Origin: an uncultured Bacteroidales bacterium
GTDB taxonomy: Bacteria > Bacteroidota > Bacteroidia > Bacteroidales > GCA-2748055
Assembly (NCBI GenBank): GCA_963809925.1
Contig: CAWELH010000004.1
Coordinates: 64,715-128,714 of the forward strand
Reading direction: 5' to 3'
Length of the DNA: 64,000 nt
This document shows positions 42,020 through 52,992 of the stretch, piece after piece. Position numbers and translations under genes: made by a program. The notes beneath the pieces are model-generated. The model was not told the DNA's origin, made no database searches, and worked only from the letters and a program-made list of their open reading frames with translations. The first letter of the stretch is position 1; each line of letters begins with the position of its first letter.

Positions 42020-43111
42020 ATGAAAAAGTTTTTTAGAGTACTGATCATTGTCCTTCTGCTGGGCCTATTCGGATGGACCATTGTTTACCTGTACGGAAAA
42101 TCCAAAGACAAACCCGTCATTTTTACGACGGAAAAGCCGTTTGTTGATAACGTCGTCAGGAAAACCGTTGCCACTGGAAAAGTAGTGCCGCGAAAGGAAG
42201 TCGAAATCAAACCACAGATCTCCGGCATCATACAGAAAATCTATGTTGAAGAAGGTCAGAGGGTGAAAGAAGGTGATCTTATTGCACGTGTGAAGATCAT
42301 CCCGAATATGATCAGCCTGAATGAAGCAGAATACAGACTTAAAACGTCAGAAAATAATTTCACCGATGCCAAAACGAACTTTCAACGTCAGAAACTTATG
42401 TATGACCAGGGAGTTATTCCGGAGGCAGAGTTCCAGAAATACCAGCTTGAATATTCGAATGCAAAGGAAGAGCTTGAGGCAGCCAGGAATAATCTTACCC
42501 TCATCAGGGAAGGAGTGACCTCCAAATCGGACGAGGCTACCAACACCCTGATCAGGTCGACGATCACGGGTATGATTCTCGATATACCGGTTGAGGAAGG
42601 TAAATCGGTGATTGAGACCAATACCTTTAGTGAGGGCACCACCATCGCTACCGTGGCCGATATGGGTGAAATGGTGTTTGAAGGAAAGGTTGATGAGACG
42701 GAAGTCGGTAAAATTAAACCGGGTATGAACCTCTCTATTTCTATTGGTGCAATCGATGCACAGAAATTTAATGCCAATCTCGAATTCATTGCCCCCAAGG
42801 GCGTTGAGGAGAATGGTGCCATACAGTTTGAGATAAAGGCGGCGGTCGAGCTTCGGGACAACTATTTTATCCGGTCGGGCTACAGTGCCACGGCTGATAT
42901 CGTCCTGGAGAAACGCGACAGTGTGATGGTCATTCCCGAAAGCCTCATTAAGTTTGAGGGTGATTCCGCCTTTGTGGAAATCGAAGCCGGGGAACAGATT
43001 TTTGAGAAGCGATTCATAAAAACCGGGCTTTCCGACGGCATCAATATCGAAGTGCTAAGCGGCCTTGGCCTTGATGACAAGATCAAGGGTGTTGAAAAGA
43101 CGGAGATATGA
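42020..43111 (+). CDS. Efflux periplasmic adaptor subunit (HlyD/MacA family)
   Basis: N-terminal anchor, biotinyl/lipoyl-like motif, coiled-coil hairpin and a beta-barrel. Confidence 0.85.
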   Translation: MKKFFRVLIIVLLLGLFGWTIVYLYGKSKDKPVIFTTEKPFVDNVVRKTVATGKVVPRKEVEIKPQISGIIQKIYVEEGQRVKEGDLIARVKIIPNMISLNEAEYRLKTSENNFTDAKTNFQRQKLMYDQGVIPEAEFQKYQLEYSNAKEELEAARNNLTLIREGVTSKSDEATNTLIRSTITGMILDIPVEEGKSVIETNTFSEGTTIATVADMGEMVFEGKVDETEVGKIKPGMNLSISIGAIDAQKFNANLEFIAPKGVEENGAIQFEIKAAVELRDNYFIRSGYSATADIVLEKRDSVMVIPESLIKFEGDSAFVEIEAGEQIFEKRFIKTGLSDGINIEVLSGLGLDDKIKGVEKTEI

Positions 43112-43297
43112 TCCATTAGTGAATGCCATGCTTGATCATGTCAGGTCAATTGTGTTCATGTTGTTGATTGGCTGTGACGATCGTTTCAAATCCTGAAATC
43201 ATGGTGTGATTTAAATCAGGCCGGTCGATGCAGGGGTCTGGCTAATATTGGGTTTTTTGTTATATTTGTCATTTTACCACAAAAAACCAGGTCAGAC

Positions 43298-45031
43298 ATG
43301 CAACAGATCAACTCTTTTCTTCTATGGCTGAATCAGTATATTGGCGGGCATGAATGGTTTGTGTTCTTCTTGCTCGGAACAGGAGTCTTCTTTACCATTT
43401 ACCTTGGTTTTCCTCAGATCAGATATTTTGCTCATGCATTACGAATTGTCCGTGGCAAGTATGACAAAAAAGGCGACGTTGGCGATACATCGCATTTCCA
43501 GGCCCTGACGACTGCACTCTCGGGAACGGTTGGTACAGGCAATATTGCCGGTGTGGCACTTGCTATCCATCTCGGAGGCCCTGCTGCCCTTTTCTGGATG
43601 CTGGTGACCGCATTGCTTGGCATGTGTACTAAATTTGTTGAAGTCACCATCTCTCATAAATACAGGGATATTCTGCCCGACGGGTCCATATCCGGAGGCC
43701 CTATGTATTATATGAAGAAAAAGCTTAATATCCGCACACGGTCGGGGAAACTGATCAGGACCGGAGCGATCATCGGCGGTTTTTTTGCCTTTGCAACGAT
43801 ACTATCCTCCTTTGGCACAGGAAGCCTGCCGCAGATCAACAGCATTTCCGATTCCCTATTTGATACATTCAGTATTAACAGGATCGTATCCGGCGGTGTT
43901 TTGGCCGTACTTCTGGCACTGGTCATCATCGGGGGAATCAAACGCATTGCCAAAGTGACATCAACCCTTGTCCCGGTTATGGCTATCCTGTACTTTCTCG
44001 GCGCCATCTTCGTCATAGGCACCAACTACCAGAATATCCTTCCTTCCCTGTTGTCCGTCTTCAGTGATGCTTTTACCGGATCAGCCGCTGTCGGAGGCTT
44101 CCTCGGTGCGGGTTTTGCCTTTACGTTTAATATGGGGGTAAACAGGGGATTGTTTTCGAATGAAGCAGGTCAGGGATCGGCTCCTATTGCACACTCCGCA
44201 GCCAAAGCTCACGAACCGGTTTCAGAAGGTATGGTAGCCATACTTGAACCGTTTATCGATACCATCATTATTTGTTTTCTAACCGGACTCGTTCTTCTTT
44301 CATCCGGGGTGTGGAATGAAAAGTTCTATAATCGCTTTGAGGAAGCTGATCTCAGGGTTCTTACCGGAATATACCATGAAGATCAGAATGTGGAGAAGAA
44401 GGAACTCAGAAATTTTATGGTTGGTAAATCAGATCTGCCACGATACTCCGGAACGATAGAAGTGACCGACGGAAAAATTACCAGCGATGTTACGCTTATC
44501 CATGCACAATCTGTTGCAGACGAAGTTTCCGTAATGGAAAACGGAGAACCCTTCAACGGCGAACTGGCAATAACAAATGGTAAACTCTCTGAGAGTGATT
44601 TCTCAAAGGTGGAGATTTGGGGTAACTCACTCATTCACAGCGCACCACTTACCACAGCAGCGTTTAATCGAAGTTTTCTCGGAAATTACGGCCAGTATAT
44701 CGTCGCCATTGGCCTGCTCCTTTTCGCCTTCTCTACGGCCATTTCCTGGTCGTATTATGGCGGTAGGGCAGTAACCTACCTTTTCGGCACCAAATACGTG
44801 GTGATTTACAAGCTGATATATGTTGTCACCTTCTTCTTCGCGGCATTCACCGATACTACCATTGTATGGAACCTGTCGTATATCACCATTGCCATCATGA
44901 CCATACCTAACCTGGCAGGATTGTGGATATTGCACAAAGATATTAAATCAACCATCAGGCAGTACTGGGTTGATTTCGTTAAAGAATGGCCCGATGATAT
45001 GCTGCCGAAAAGGCTGAGAGGCAGAAAATGA
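43298..45031 (+). CDS. Alanine/glycine:cation symporter (AGCS family) with ~110-aa soluble insertion
   Basis: ALSGTVGTGNIAGVA and SNEAGQGSAPIAHSAA are AGCS signature regions. Confidence 0.9.
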   Translation: MQQINSFLLWLNQYIGGHEWFVFFLLGTGVFFTIYLGFPQIRYFAHALRIVRGKYDKKGDVGDTSHFQALTTALSGTVGTGNIAGVALAIHLGGPAALFWMLVTALLGMCTKFVEVTISHKYRDILPDGSISGGPMYYMKKKLNIRTRSGKLIRTGAIIGGFFAFATILSSFGTGSLPQINSISDSLFDTFSINRIVSGGVLAVLLALVIIGGIKRIAKVTSTLVPVMAILYFLGAIFVIGTNYQNILPSLLSVFSDAFTGSAAVGGFLGAGFAFTFNMGVNRGLFSNEAGQGSAPIAHSAAKAHEPVSEGMVAILEPFIDTIIICFLTGLVLLSSGVWNEKFYNRFEEADLRVLTGIYHEDQNVEKKELRNFMVGKSDLPRYSGTIEVTDGKITSDVTLIHAQSVADEVSVMENGEPFNGELAITNGKLSESDFSKVEIWGNSLIHSAPLTTAAFNRSFLGNYGQYIVAIGLLLFAFSTAISWSYYGGRAVTYLFGTKYVVIYKLIYVVTFFFAAFTDTTIVWNLSYITIAIMTIPNLAGLWILHKDIKSTIRQYWVDFVKEWPDDMLPKRLRGRK

Positions 45032-45033
45032 TA

Positions 45034-46446
45034 CTAAACATCAGTGCGGAGTTCCAGGCAGGCAACATTCTCGACATGGTGGGTCTGTGGAAACATGTCA
45101 ACCGGCTGTAGTTCTGTTACCTTGTATTTTACGTTAAGCAATTGAAGATCACGTGCCTGGGTTGCCGGATTACAACTCACGTATACTATTTTCCCTGGTT
45201 CCATCCTGAGGATCTGATCAATGACCTGCGTGTGCATGCCCGCGCGTGGCGGATCCGTGATGATGATATCCGGGCGTCCATGATGCTGGAGAAAGCTGTC
45301 ATTGAGCACATCCTTGATATCCCCTGCAAAAAAGGATGTATTTCCAATCCCGTTGATCCTGGAATTTATCTGCGCATCTTCAATGGCTTCTGGAACTGAT
45401 TCGATACCTATGACTTTTCCGGCGTGCCGTGCAATGAAATTGGCAATAGTTCCTGTGCCGGTGTATAGATCATACACGGTTTCATGTCCGGTAAGTCCGG
45501 CAAATTCCCTGGCAACCCTGTAAAGTTCAAGAGCCTGCCGGGTGTTTGTCTGGAAGAATGATTTTGGTCCGATCTTGAAATTCAGTTCCTCCATCTGCTC
45601 AAAGATATGGTCCCTGCCATGATACAGCCGGATATCCTGATCGTATAGGGTGTCGTTCCCTTTGCCGTTGATGACATACATCAGGGATGTAATTCCCGGC
45701 ACACGAGTCAGAAGATGGTCGAGCAAACGTAATCGTTTTTCTTCTTCTTCATGAAAAAAGGATAGGATAACCATTACCTCACCATTCAGAGATGTTCTGA
45801 TAATGAGATTCCTAAGAAATCCCGTATGTGACTTCTGACTAAAGTATGTGTAACCGTTCGCGATAGCAAATTCCTTTACTGCATCTCTGATGGTATTCCC
45901 CGGTTCATCCTGGAGCCAACACTTTTTTATATCCACTACCTTATCGAAAAGGCCGGGCACATGAAAGCCGAGGGCACGGGTATCATTGATAACCCCCTCG
46001 CGGGCAATCTCCGCCTCCTCTAGCCAGCGGTGATCGGAAAAGGTATACTCGAGTTTATTCCGGTAGAACCTGTCGACCGGAGAACCGATGATCGTGCGGA
46101 TCTCCGGGATGTCTACATGGCCGATTCGTTGAATCGCATCACCAACCTGTTTTTGTTTGTATTTCAATTGAAAGGAGTAAGGCAGATGTTGCCATTTGCA
46201 TCCTCCGCATATGCCGAAATGGCTGCAAAAAGGTTCCTGCCGGATGGATGAGTATTGACGAATCGCTGTGACCCGGCCTTCCATATAGTTGTTCTTTTTC
46301 TTCGTCACCTGGATATCGACGATGTCACCGGGTACCACCATAGCAACAAAACATACCATATTGTTAACACGTGCAATGGCCTTTCCTTCAGCCCCGACAT
46401 CCGTAATTTCCACGTTCTCCAGGTGGGGTAGTTTTTTCCTTGCCAA
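45034..46446 (-). CDS. rlmD: 23S rRNA (uracil-C5)-methyltransferase RlmD/RumA family
   Basis: TRAM domain, Fe-S cysteines CSHFGICGGCKWQH, SAM-binding DLYTGTGT and catalytic VSCNP. The ORF is open to 46491, but the TTG start at 46446 (MARKKLPHLENV) leaves room for divergent promoters. Confidence 0.85.
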   Translation of the reverse strand: MARKKLPHLENVEITDVGAEGKAIARVNNMVCFVAMVVPGDIVDIQVTKKKNNYMEGRVTAIRQYSSIRQEPFCSHFGICGGCKWQHLPYSFQLKYKQKQVGDAIQRIGHVDIPEIRTIIGSPVDRFYRNKLEYTFSDHRWLEEAEIAREGVINDTRALGFHVPGLFDKVVDIKKCWLQDEPGNTIRDAVKEFAIANGYTYFSQKSHTGFLRNLIIRTSLNGEVMVILSFFHEEEEKRLRLLDHLLTRVPGITSLMYVINGKGNDTLYDQDIRLYHGRDHIFEQMEELNFKIGPKSFFQTNTRQALELYRVAREFAGLTGHETVYDLYTGTGTIANFIARHAGKVIGIESVPEAIEDAQINSRINGIGNTSFFAGDIKDVLNDSFLQHHGRPDIIITDPPRAGMHTQVIDQILRMEPGKIVYVSCNPATQARDLQLLNVKYKVTELQPVDMFPQTHHVENVACLELRTDV

Positions 46447-46677
46447 TACTGCTAAGATTGAAGTTTGAAATATCGTATTTATGACTGCCAAAGATAATCA
46501 ATCCTGTCGAGAACGGGCATGATCCGCTGAGGAATGATAGAGATTGAAGATTATTACCCGGTGAAAAAACCAGCATCTTTATTTCTTTGTTACAGCTTAT
46601 TAAACTTACTTTGCAAATTCAAAAAAAGAATCCCTGAACAGCTTTCGGGTCATTGTGTAATCATATACGTAGCCAGC

Positions 46678-48618
46678 ATGATTTCTGTTGATAATTTAAC
46701 GGTCAGATTTGGAGGGTTCACCTTGCTGGACAGTGTTTCCCTTATGATTGGCGACCGGGACCGCATCGGTCTGGTAGGGCGAAATGGCGCGGGAAAAACA
46801 ACATTGATGAAGATCATCTCTGGAAAACAGGATCCGACGCTGGGGAGGGTAGTATGCTCAGCCAGCCAGAAAGCCGGATACCTGCCACAACAGATGGCCC
46901 ATCATGATGGCAAAACGGTTTACGAAGAAGCCATGACTGCCTTTGATCACGTCCTGAAACTTGAAAGACAGATCGGACATATTACTGAAGAACTTGGAAA
47001 CAGGGACGACTATGAGTCGGAAGCCTACCTGAAACTGATCGACGATCTGACCACGAAGAGTGAACGCTTCGAAATGGAAGGCGGAAGTTCTGTACATGGT
47101 GATGTTGAGAAAACGCTGACAGGACTCGGATTCGAACGTACCGACCTTGACAGACCCACGGCAGAATTCAGCGGAGGCTGGCGGATGAGGATCGAATTGG
47201 CAAAGATTCTTCTTCAAAAGCCCGACTTTATACTCCTGGATGAGCCGACGAATCACCTCGATATTGAATCCATTCAATGGCTGGAAGATTTCCTCCTGTC
47301 GTATCCCGGAGGCGTTGTACTGATCTCACACGACCGGGCATTTCTCGATAATATAACAAACAGGACGGTTGAGATCAGCATGGCAAAACTCACCGATTAC
47401 AAGGTTTCTTATTCTAAATATGTTGTTCTGCGGAAAGAGAGAAGGGAGCAGCAACTGGCCGCATTTCAGAATCAGCAGAAGATGATTAAGGATACTGAGG
47501 AATTTATCGAACGCTTCAGATATAAAGCCACAAAAGCAGTACAGGTGCAAAGCCGGATAAAACAGCTCGAAAAACTCGACCGGATTGAGATGGAGGAGGA
47601 GGAGCGTTCTGCGATGAATCTTAAATTTCCCCCCGCTCCCCGATCAGGGAAAATTGTTATGGAAACCAAGATGTTAGGAAAGAATTACGGCGAGCACGTC
47701 ATCCTTAAAAATATCAATCTTGTGCTTGAAAGAGGAGAGAAAATTGCTTTCGTCGGAAAAAATGGTGAAGGCAAAACTACCCTGTCCAAAATCCTTATCG
47801 GCGCCCTCGATCATACAGGTGAACTTAAAGCGGGACACAATGTTAGTATTGGTTACTTTGCCCAGAATCAGGATGAGTTGATGGACGAAAATAAAACAGT
47901 TTTTGAAACAATTGATGCCGTTGCGGTAGGAGACATCAGGGTGAAGATCAGGGACATACTTGGTGCATTTCTTTTTGGCGGGGATGAAGTGGATAAGAAG
48001 GTAAAAGTGTTATCAGGCGGGGAAAGGTCACGGCTTTCCCTGGCAAGTATGTTGCTTCAGACAAACAACCTCCTGGTAATGGACGAGCCTACCAATCATC
48101 TCGATATGCGTTCAAAAGATATCCTTAAATCTGCGCTTCGTGACTATGATGGCACTTTAATTGTGGTATCGCACGACAGGGAATTTCTCGATGGGTTGGT
48201 TGATAAAGTATATGAATTCCGGGATCACAGGATTTATGAACATCACGGCGGGATATATAACTTTTTGAAGCGGCGGAAGCTTGAATCTTTGAGAGACCTG
48301 GAGAGATCGGAAAGTGCAGTGCAGGAAAACCTGGAGGACGATTCGAAATCGGACAATAAAGCACTCTATCAGAAACGGAAGGAATACGACCGCATCATGA
48401 GGAAGACTGAAAACCAGCTCGCAAAGGCAGAAAAAGAGATCGTAGATATCGAGAAAAGGTTTGAAGAACTGAATGATTTGCTGGCCAGTAAGGGGAATAT
48501 CGATGATCCGGCCCTTTTTGGTGAATATAAACACGTGAAAGAGGACCTTGACAGCAGGATGACGGAATGGGAAAGGCTGCACAATGACCTGGAAAAATTG
48601 AAAGATGAAAGAATTTAG
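46678..48618 (+). CDS. ABC-F family ATPase (two ABC domains, C-terminal coiled coil)
   Basis: GRNGAGKTT / GKNGEGKTT, two LSGG signatures, a linker and a charged C-terminus. The ATG at 46678 (MISVDNLTVRF) is preferred over the ORF start at 46534. Confidence 0.9.
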   Translation: MISVDNLTVRFGGFTLLDSVSLMIGDRDRIGLVGRNGAGKTTLMKIISGKQDPTLGRVVCSASQKAGYLPQQMAHHDGKTVYEEAMTAFDHVLKLERQIGHITEELGNRDDYESEAYLKLIDDLTTKSERFEMEGGSSVHGDVEKTLTGLGFERTDLDRPTAEFSGGWRMRIELAKILLQKPDFILLDEPTNHLDIESIQWLEDFLLSYPGGVVLISHDRAFLDNITNRTVEISMAKLTDYKVSYSKYVVLRKERREQQLAAFQNQQKMIKDTEEFIERFRYKATKAVQVQSRIKQLEKLDRIEMEEEERSAMNLKFPPAPRSGKIVMETKMLGKNYGEHVILKNINLVLERGEKIAFVGKNGEGKTTLSKILIGALDHTGELKAGHNVSIGYFAQNQDELMDENKTVFETIDAVAVGDIRVKIRDILGAFLFGGDEVDKKVKVLSGGERSRLSLASMLLQTNNLLVMDEPTNHLDMRSKDILKSALRDYDGTLIVVSHDREFLDGLVDKVYEFRDHRIYEHHGGIYNFLKRRKLESLRDLERSESAVQENLEDDSKSDNKALYQKRKEYDRIMRKTENQLAKAEKEIVDIEKRFEELNDLLASKGNIDDPALFGEYKHVKEDLDSRMTEWERLHNDLEKLKDERI

Positions 48619-48635
48619 TTAAATTGGGATAGAAA

Positions 48636-49934
48636 ATGTCAGAAATGATCAGGCGTATATTATTTACTTTATTATTTCTGTTGATCCTTCTGGTCCAGGG
48701 TTGTAAACTGCAAAATAAAACACAGCGGCCTGCCGGCAATCTTGCTGATATCTATAACCCTGGAAGAGTGACCATCCACCCCGATTTCCTTGTGAATCAC
48801 ATCAACGATTCCACCTCTATTTTATATATACGGATTTACCCTTCAGAATTACTCTTCAACCAGGCAAATGAAATGGGCAACTTCATTGCTAAGCTTAAGG
48901 TTGGTTTTATTCTTGAAGAAGCCGGAAACGATCCTGACAAAGCCGCGGGAATTGTCGATTCAGCCTCTATAGCCCGGACTCTGAACCGGAATGATATGAG
49001 AAACAGCTTTTTTACCGCACTTCCACTGAAGGCGTACAATGGCAAAAAATATATCGCCAGGGTTGACGTCGATGATTTGCTTCGGGGTACGGTTACGGAG
49101 AATTTTCTCATTGTGGATAAAACCTCACCGTATGGTCCGCAAAATTTTAAGGTATTGTCTGCGGTTACAAATTACCCCTCTTTCACCAATGAATTTGGAA
49201 GCGGTGAGCAGTTTAGGATCCTGTTTAACAGGATGGGATACGACAGTCTTATCGTTGATTATTATTCTCCGGACCAAAGCCTGCCCAGGCCTATATTTTC
49301 AACGGCTCCCGAAATCCCAATGAAAAACTACCCCGATAGTATTTGGACTGTGCCCTTTAACGATTCTCTCGCCTACATTCTGCCTTTGCGGGGCATTTAT
49401 CATCTGAGGGTGAGCCCCGATTACAAAGAAGGGCTGACATTATTTAATTTTGGAGAAAATTTTCCCAGGATACAGACCTCTGAAGATATGCTTGGGCCGA
49501 TGGTTTACCTCACTTCCTCCGTCGAATTCCGGGATCTGAGGATGGAGCCCAACCGGAAACTGGCCATCGACAATTTCTGGCTTAAGATTGCCGGGGATAC
49601 TGATGCTGCAAGGGAACTGATCAGGGTATATTACACCAGGGTGTTGTATGCCAACCTCTATTTCTCATCCTATAAGGAAGGCTGGAAAACCGACCGTGGT
49701 ATGATTTATATTATCTTTGGCCCACCAAACTTACTGGATAAATCCCTGGCAGTTGAGAAGTGGACCTATCTGAGCAAACGAGCCAATATACCCATTGAAT
49801 TTATTTTCGACAGGAAGGATGATTTATTTACGTATAAGGATTTTGTGCTCAACAGGAACATTAGTTCCACCGGCTACTGGTCCGAAGCTATCAGGTCATG
49901 GAGAAGAGGGAAGATCTATTCTCCCGAATATTAA
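48636..49934 (+). CDS. GWxTD domain-containing protein
   Basis: Signal/lipoprotein N-terminus and a C-terminal GWKTDRGMIYIIFGPP motif. Confidence 0.8.
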   Translation: MSEMIRRILFTLLFLLILLVQGCKLQNKTQRPAGNLADIYNPGRVTIHPDFLVNHINDSTSILYIRIYPSELLFNQANEMGNFIAKLKVGFILEEAGNDPDKAAGIVDSASIARTLNRNDMRNSFFTALPLKAYNGKKYIARVDVDDLLRGTVTENFLIVDKTSPYGPQNFKVLSAVTNYPSFTNEFGSGEQFRILFNRMGYDSLIVDYYSPDQSLPRPIFSTAPEIPMKNYPDSIWTVPFNDSLAYILPLRGIYHLRVSPDYKEGLTLFNFGENFPRIQTSEDMLGPMVYLTSSVEFRDLRMEPNRKLAIDNFWLKIAGDTDAARELIRVYYTRVLYANLYFSSYKEGWKTDRGMIYIIFGPPNLLDKSLAVEKWTYLSKRANIPIEFIFDRKDDLFTYKDFVLNRNISSTGYWSEAIRSWRRGKIYSPEY

Positions 49935-49946
49935 AAAACACCGTCA

Positions 49947-50720
49947 TTGAAAAAGCAGGAAGATTTTATTTTTGGTATCCGGGCAGTCATTGAAGCCATC
50001 CGTTCCGGAAAAGAGGTTGATCGGGTGCTGATCGCAAATAAACCGGAGAGTCAGGTGATACTGGAGTTGTTTCCCCTCGTCAGGCTTCATGAAATTCCGT
50101 TTCAGTATGTGCCTTATGAGAAACTGAACAAGATTACGCGGAAGAATCACCAGGGAGTGGTTGCCTTTATCTCGTCTATTTCATACAGTCCGTTGGAAGA
50201 AATTGTGGCTTCGGCCTTTGAAAAAGGGAATGACCCGCTTATCGTCCTACTCGACCAGATCTCTGATGTACGAAACTTTGGAGCTATAGCCCGCTCGGCA
50301 GAGTGTCTTGGATTTTCCGGTATCGTCATACCTATTCGTGGTGCAGCCCGGATCAATGCCGATGCCGTCAAAACTTCAGCAGGCGCCCTGATGAACATCC
50401 CTGTAGCAAGGGTCCGTTCAATGGAACACGCCATAGAATACCTGAAAAATTCGGGATTGAAAATCATAAGCGTCACGGAGAAAGCTGATGATCTTTGCTA
50501 CGACAAAAACCTTACCGGTCCGGTAGCTATTATCCTTGGAAGCGAGGAAAAAGGAATATCACCCGGTCTGTTAAACCTTTCTGATGCCAGGGTAAAGATT
50601 CCGATGACCGGGTTTACCATGTCATTAAACGTATCTGTCGCTGCCTCGGTTTTAATGTATGAAGTGTGGCGCCAGCGGGCCGCCTTATCACCGATCAATA
50701 AAGGGGGATCTGACGACTGA
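49947..50720 (+). CDS. rlmB: 23S rRNA (guanosine-2'-O)-methyltransferase RlmB (SpoU family)
   Basis: TTG start. SpoU_sub_bind-like N-terminus, then NFGAIARSAE, ILGSEEKGIS and IPMTGFTMSLNVSVA. Confidence 0.8.
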   Translation: MKKQEDFIFGIRAVIEAIRSGKEVDRVLIANKPESQVILELFPLVRLHEIPFQYVPYEKLNKITRKNHQGVVAFISSISYSPLEEIVASAFEKGNDPLIVLLDQISDVRNFGAIARSAECLGFSGIVIPIRGAARINADAVKTSAGALMNIPVARVRSMEHAIEYLKNSGLKIISVTEKADDLCYDKNLTGPVAIILGSEEKGISPGLLNLSDARVKIPMTGFTMSLNVSVAASVLMYEVWRQRAALSPINKGGSDD

Positions 50721-51168
50721 AAGACTCCTCCAGGGAGATAAATGTCTCTGTCCGGGCGATACCAGGAATAGCCTGAAGTTTATCAACCAGCACATGCTTC
50801 AGATCTTCATTGTTCTTCGTGTAAACCTTAATGAATATACTGTAATTGCCGGTTGTATAATGACATTGTACGATCTCCGGAATATCTTTGAGTTTCTTGA
50901 CAACCTCCGTATACAGACTTGCACTCTCCAGGAAAATACCCATATACGCGCAGGTGTGATAACCGATCTTTTTTGGATTAATCATAAATTGTGATCCGGT
51001 GATCACTCCCAGACGTGTAAGTCTTTGGATTCGCTGATGAATTGCTGCACCTGATACATTACATTCTCTTGCTACCTCAAGATAAGGAATGCGTGCATTT
51101 TCCATGATCAGGGAAAGAATCTTTCGGTCCAGGCCGTCAATTTGTAAGGTCTCTTCCATTTTTATCAC
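50695..51168 (-). CDS. Lrp/AsnC family transcriptional regulator
   Basis: DRKILSLIMENARIPYLEVARECNVSGAAIHQRIQRL helix-turn-helix plus a RAM domain. The 3' end overlaps the rlmB 3' end by 26 nt. Confidence 0.9.
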   Translation of the reverse strand: MIKMEETLQIDGLDRKILSLIMENARIPYLEVARECNVSGAAIHQRIQRLTRLGVITGSQFMINPKKIGYHTCAYMGIFLESASLYTEVVKKLKDIPEIVQCHYTTGNYSIFIKVYTKNNEDLKHVLVDKLQAIPGIARTETFISLEESFSRQIPLY

Positions 51169-51603
51169 AACTATTTTTTAAATGCTAAACAAAATTAAAC
51201 TTCAGCTTTCTATCTGAAGATAATATTAAATATTTTTTGACTAATTATTATCCGATTTGTCGGTTTATTTATAGTAACAATTTTAACGAGTTTTTTAATC
51301 CCGGTGAAAACATGGAAGGAAGCCGACGTTGTTTACATGTTATAGCTCTGAATAGTGCCGTTTGAAAAAATGATTAGTTCCTTCGGGAGTATACCGGATA
51401 ATCGAAAGGAATAGTAGTATATTCATTTCGATCTGTAAATTTATACAAATATGTCAAGTTTCTCCAATCCGGGGCTTAAAAAGGAGGCGTAAAACCTTAA
51501 AAGTGCTGCATAGCATAATGAACCTCCGGGGGTGGATCAAGCTCTGGCATGAGGACAGGGCATGGGTGATCCAAACCTGTTTTTACTAAAAATTGTGACA
51601 AAT

Positions 51604-52893
51604 CTATGCCGGTTTTCTTTCCTGATTTTCATCCTGCTGACCGAACAAAGCTTTGAAGTCATCACCGGTCGGATTCTGGAAGACTCTGAGTTCAAAATAG
51701 GGGATGGACGCCAGTATATGATCGAAGATATCTGCCTGCAGGGCTTCATACTTTGCCCATTCCTGTTCACGACTGAAAACATAGATTTCAACAGGGATTC
51801 CTGTTTCTGATGGCTGAAGATGACGGATCAGGAAGGTAAGGTCGGTATTGACTTTTGGGTGCTGGCGGAGGTACGCTTCAACATATTGACGGAACACGCC
51901 CAGGTTGGTCAATCTTCTTCCGTTCACCGGTAAGGAAGGGTCAGCTTTCTGTTCTTCGTTAAAACGGTCTATTTCCGCCTCACGGTCAACTATATATTTC
52001 CTGACAAGCTGGATCTTTTTAAGTTTTTCCCGGAGCACAGGATCAACGTATTTCACACTTCTCATATCGATACTGACCGATCTCTTGATTCTTCTGCCTC
52101 CGGATTCCTCCATACCCTTCCAGTTGTTGAAGGCTTCTGTAACCAGTGAATAGGTGGGAAAAGTCACAATGGTCTTGTCCCAGTTCTGGACTTTCACTGT
52201 ATTCAGGGTAATTTCGATAACCGTTCCGTCTGCCTGCCTGCTGGGCATGGTTATCCAGTCGCCAGGCTTTACCATATTATTGGCAGAAACCTGGATACTT
52301 GCCACAAGTCCGAGTATGGTATCTTTAAAGACTAACAACAGAACGGCAGCCAGGGCACCAAGACCTGCAAGCAGCTTGAGGGCAGGCGTGCCACTCAGGA
52401 TGGAGATGACCAGGATGATACCGACAAAGAATACCATGAGCTTAACTACCTGAACATAACCTTTTATTGGTTTTTCCTGGGCGATTGGAAGGGTCTGGTA
52501 AACGGAATGGAGGGCACTCAGGAAAGAATCGGTCACAAGCAAGCCGATCAGGATCATATAGAGAATGGTAACCGTTTGAAGGATATGAATCAGCCGCGGC
52601 ATTTCAATTGAGTAACCGATGGTGTAGTATATAACCAGTGCCGGGGCGATATGAGCCAGCCGCTGGAAAAATTTATATTCGAGTAGCGCATCATCCCATT
52701 TATTTTTACTCTTCTTCACGTAGCTCTTTAATGAAGTAATAAGGATATTTTTCGCCAGTTTATCGGCTATCCATGCCAGGAAAAAGATCACGACCAGAAT
52801 GGTTAAGGATACGAGAAAGCCAGCATTTCTTTCAGATAATCCTATATTTTCCTGAAGAAGATTGTCCAGTAAGTGAATTAAATATTCAATCAT
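51604..52893 (-). CDS. Mechanosensitive ion channel family protein (MscS-like)
   Basis: LVFKDTILGLVASIQVSANNMVKPGDWI pore and beta-domain pattern. Confidence 0.8.
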   Translation of the reverse strand: MIEYLIHLLDNLLQENIGLSERNAGFLVSLTILVVIFFLAWIADKLAKNILITSLKSYVKKSKNKWDDALLEYKFFQRLAHIAPALVIYYTIGYSIEMPRLIHILQTVTILYMILIGLLVTDSFLSALHSVYQTLPIAQEKPIKGYVQVVKLMVFFVGIILVISILSGTPALKLLAGLGALAAVLLLVFKDTILGLVASIQVSANNMVKPGDWITMPSRQADGTVIEITLNTVKVQNWDKTIVTFPTYSLVTEAFNNWKGMEESGGRRIKRSVSIDMRSVKYVDPVLREKLKKIQLVRKYIVDREAEIDRFNEEQKADPSLPVNGRRLTNLGVFRQYVEAYLRQHPKVNTDLTFLIRHLQPSETGIPVEIYVFSREQEWAKYEALQADIFDHILASIPYFELRVFQNPTGDDFKALFGQQDENQERKPA

Positions 52894-52992
52894 GGGAAGT
52901 GTACGATTTGTTTTTCTTCTGCTAAGTTATAATTTTACTACGTTTTCTGAAAGTGGCTGAATGCACGCTTTTTAATTCTTATGTGATATACT

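Noticed and set aside
43112-43297. Glycine riboswitch upstream of the alanine/glycine symporter.
   Set aside because: I could not find the conserved GGAGAG...CACCG / CTCTGGAGAG-type cores by eye. A cmscan would be needed for certainty.
49112-49120. DnaA-box-like TGTGGATAA as a hint of a replication origin.
   Set aside because: It is a single occurrence inside the GWxTD coding sequence, with no box cluster, AT-rich unwinding element or dnaA/dnaN nearby.
50695-50720. 26-nt convergent overlap of the rlmB and lrp 3' ends as a regulatory feature.
   Set aside because: Short convergent overlaps are common. The rlmB tail (SPINKGGSDD) may simply be non-conserved, so nothing further is supported.
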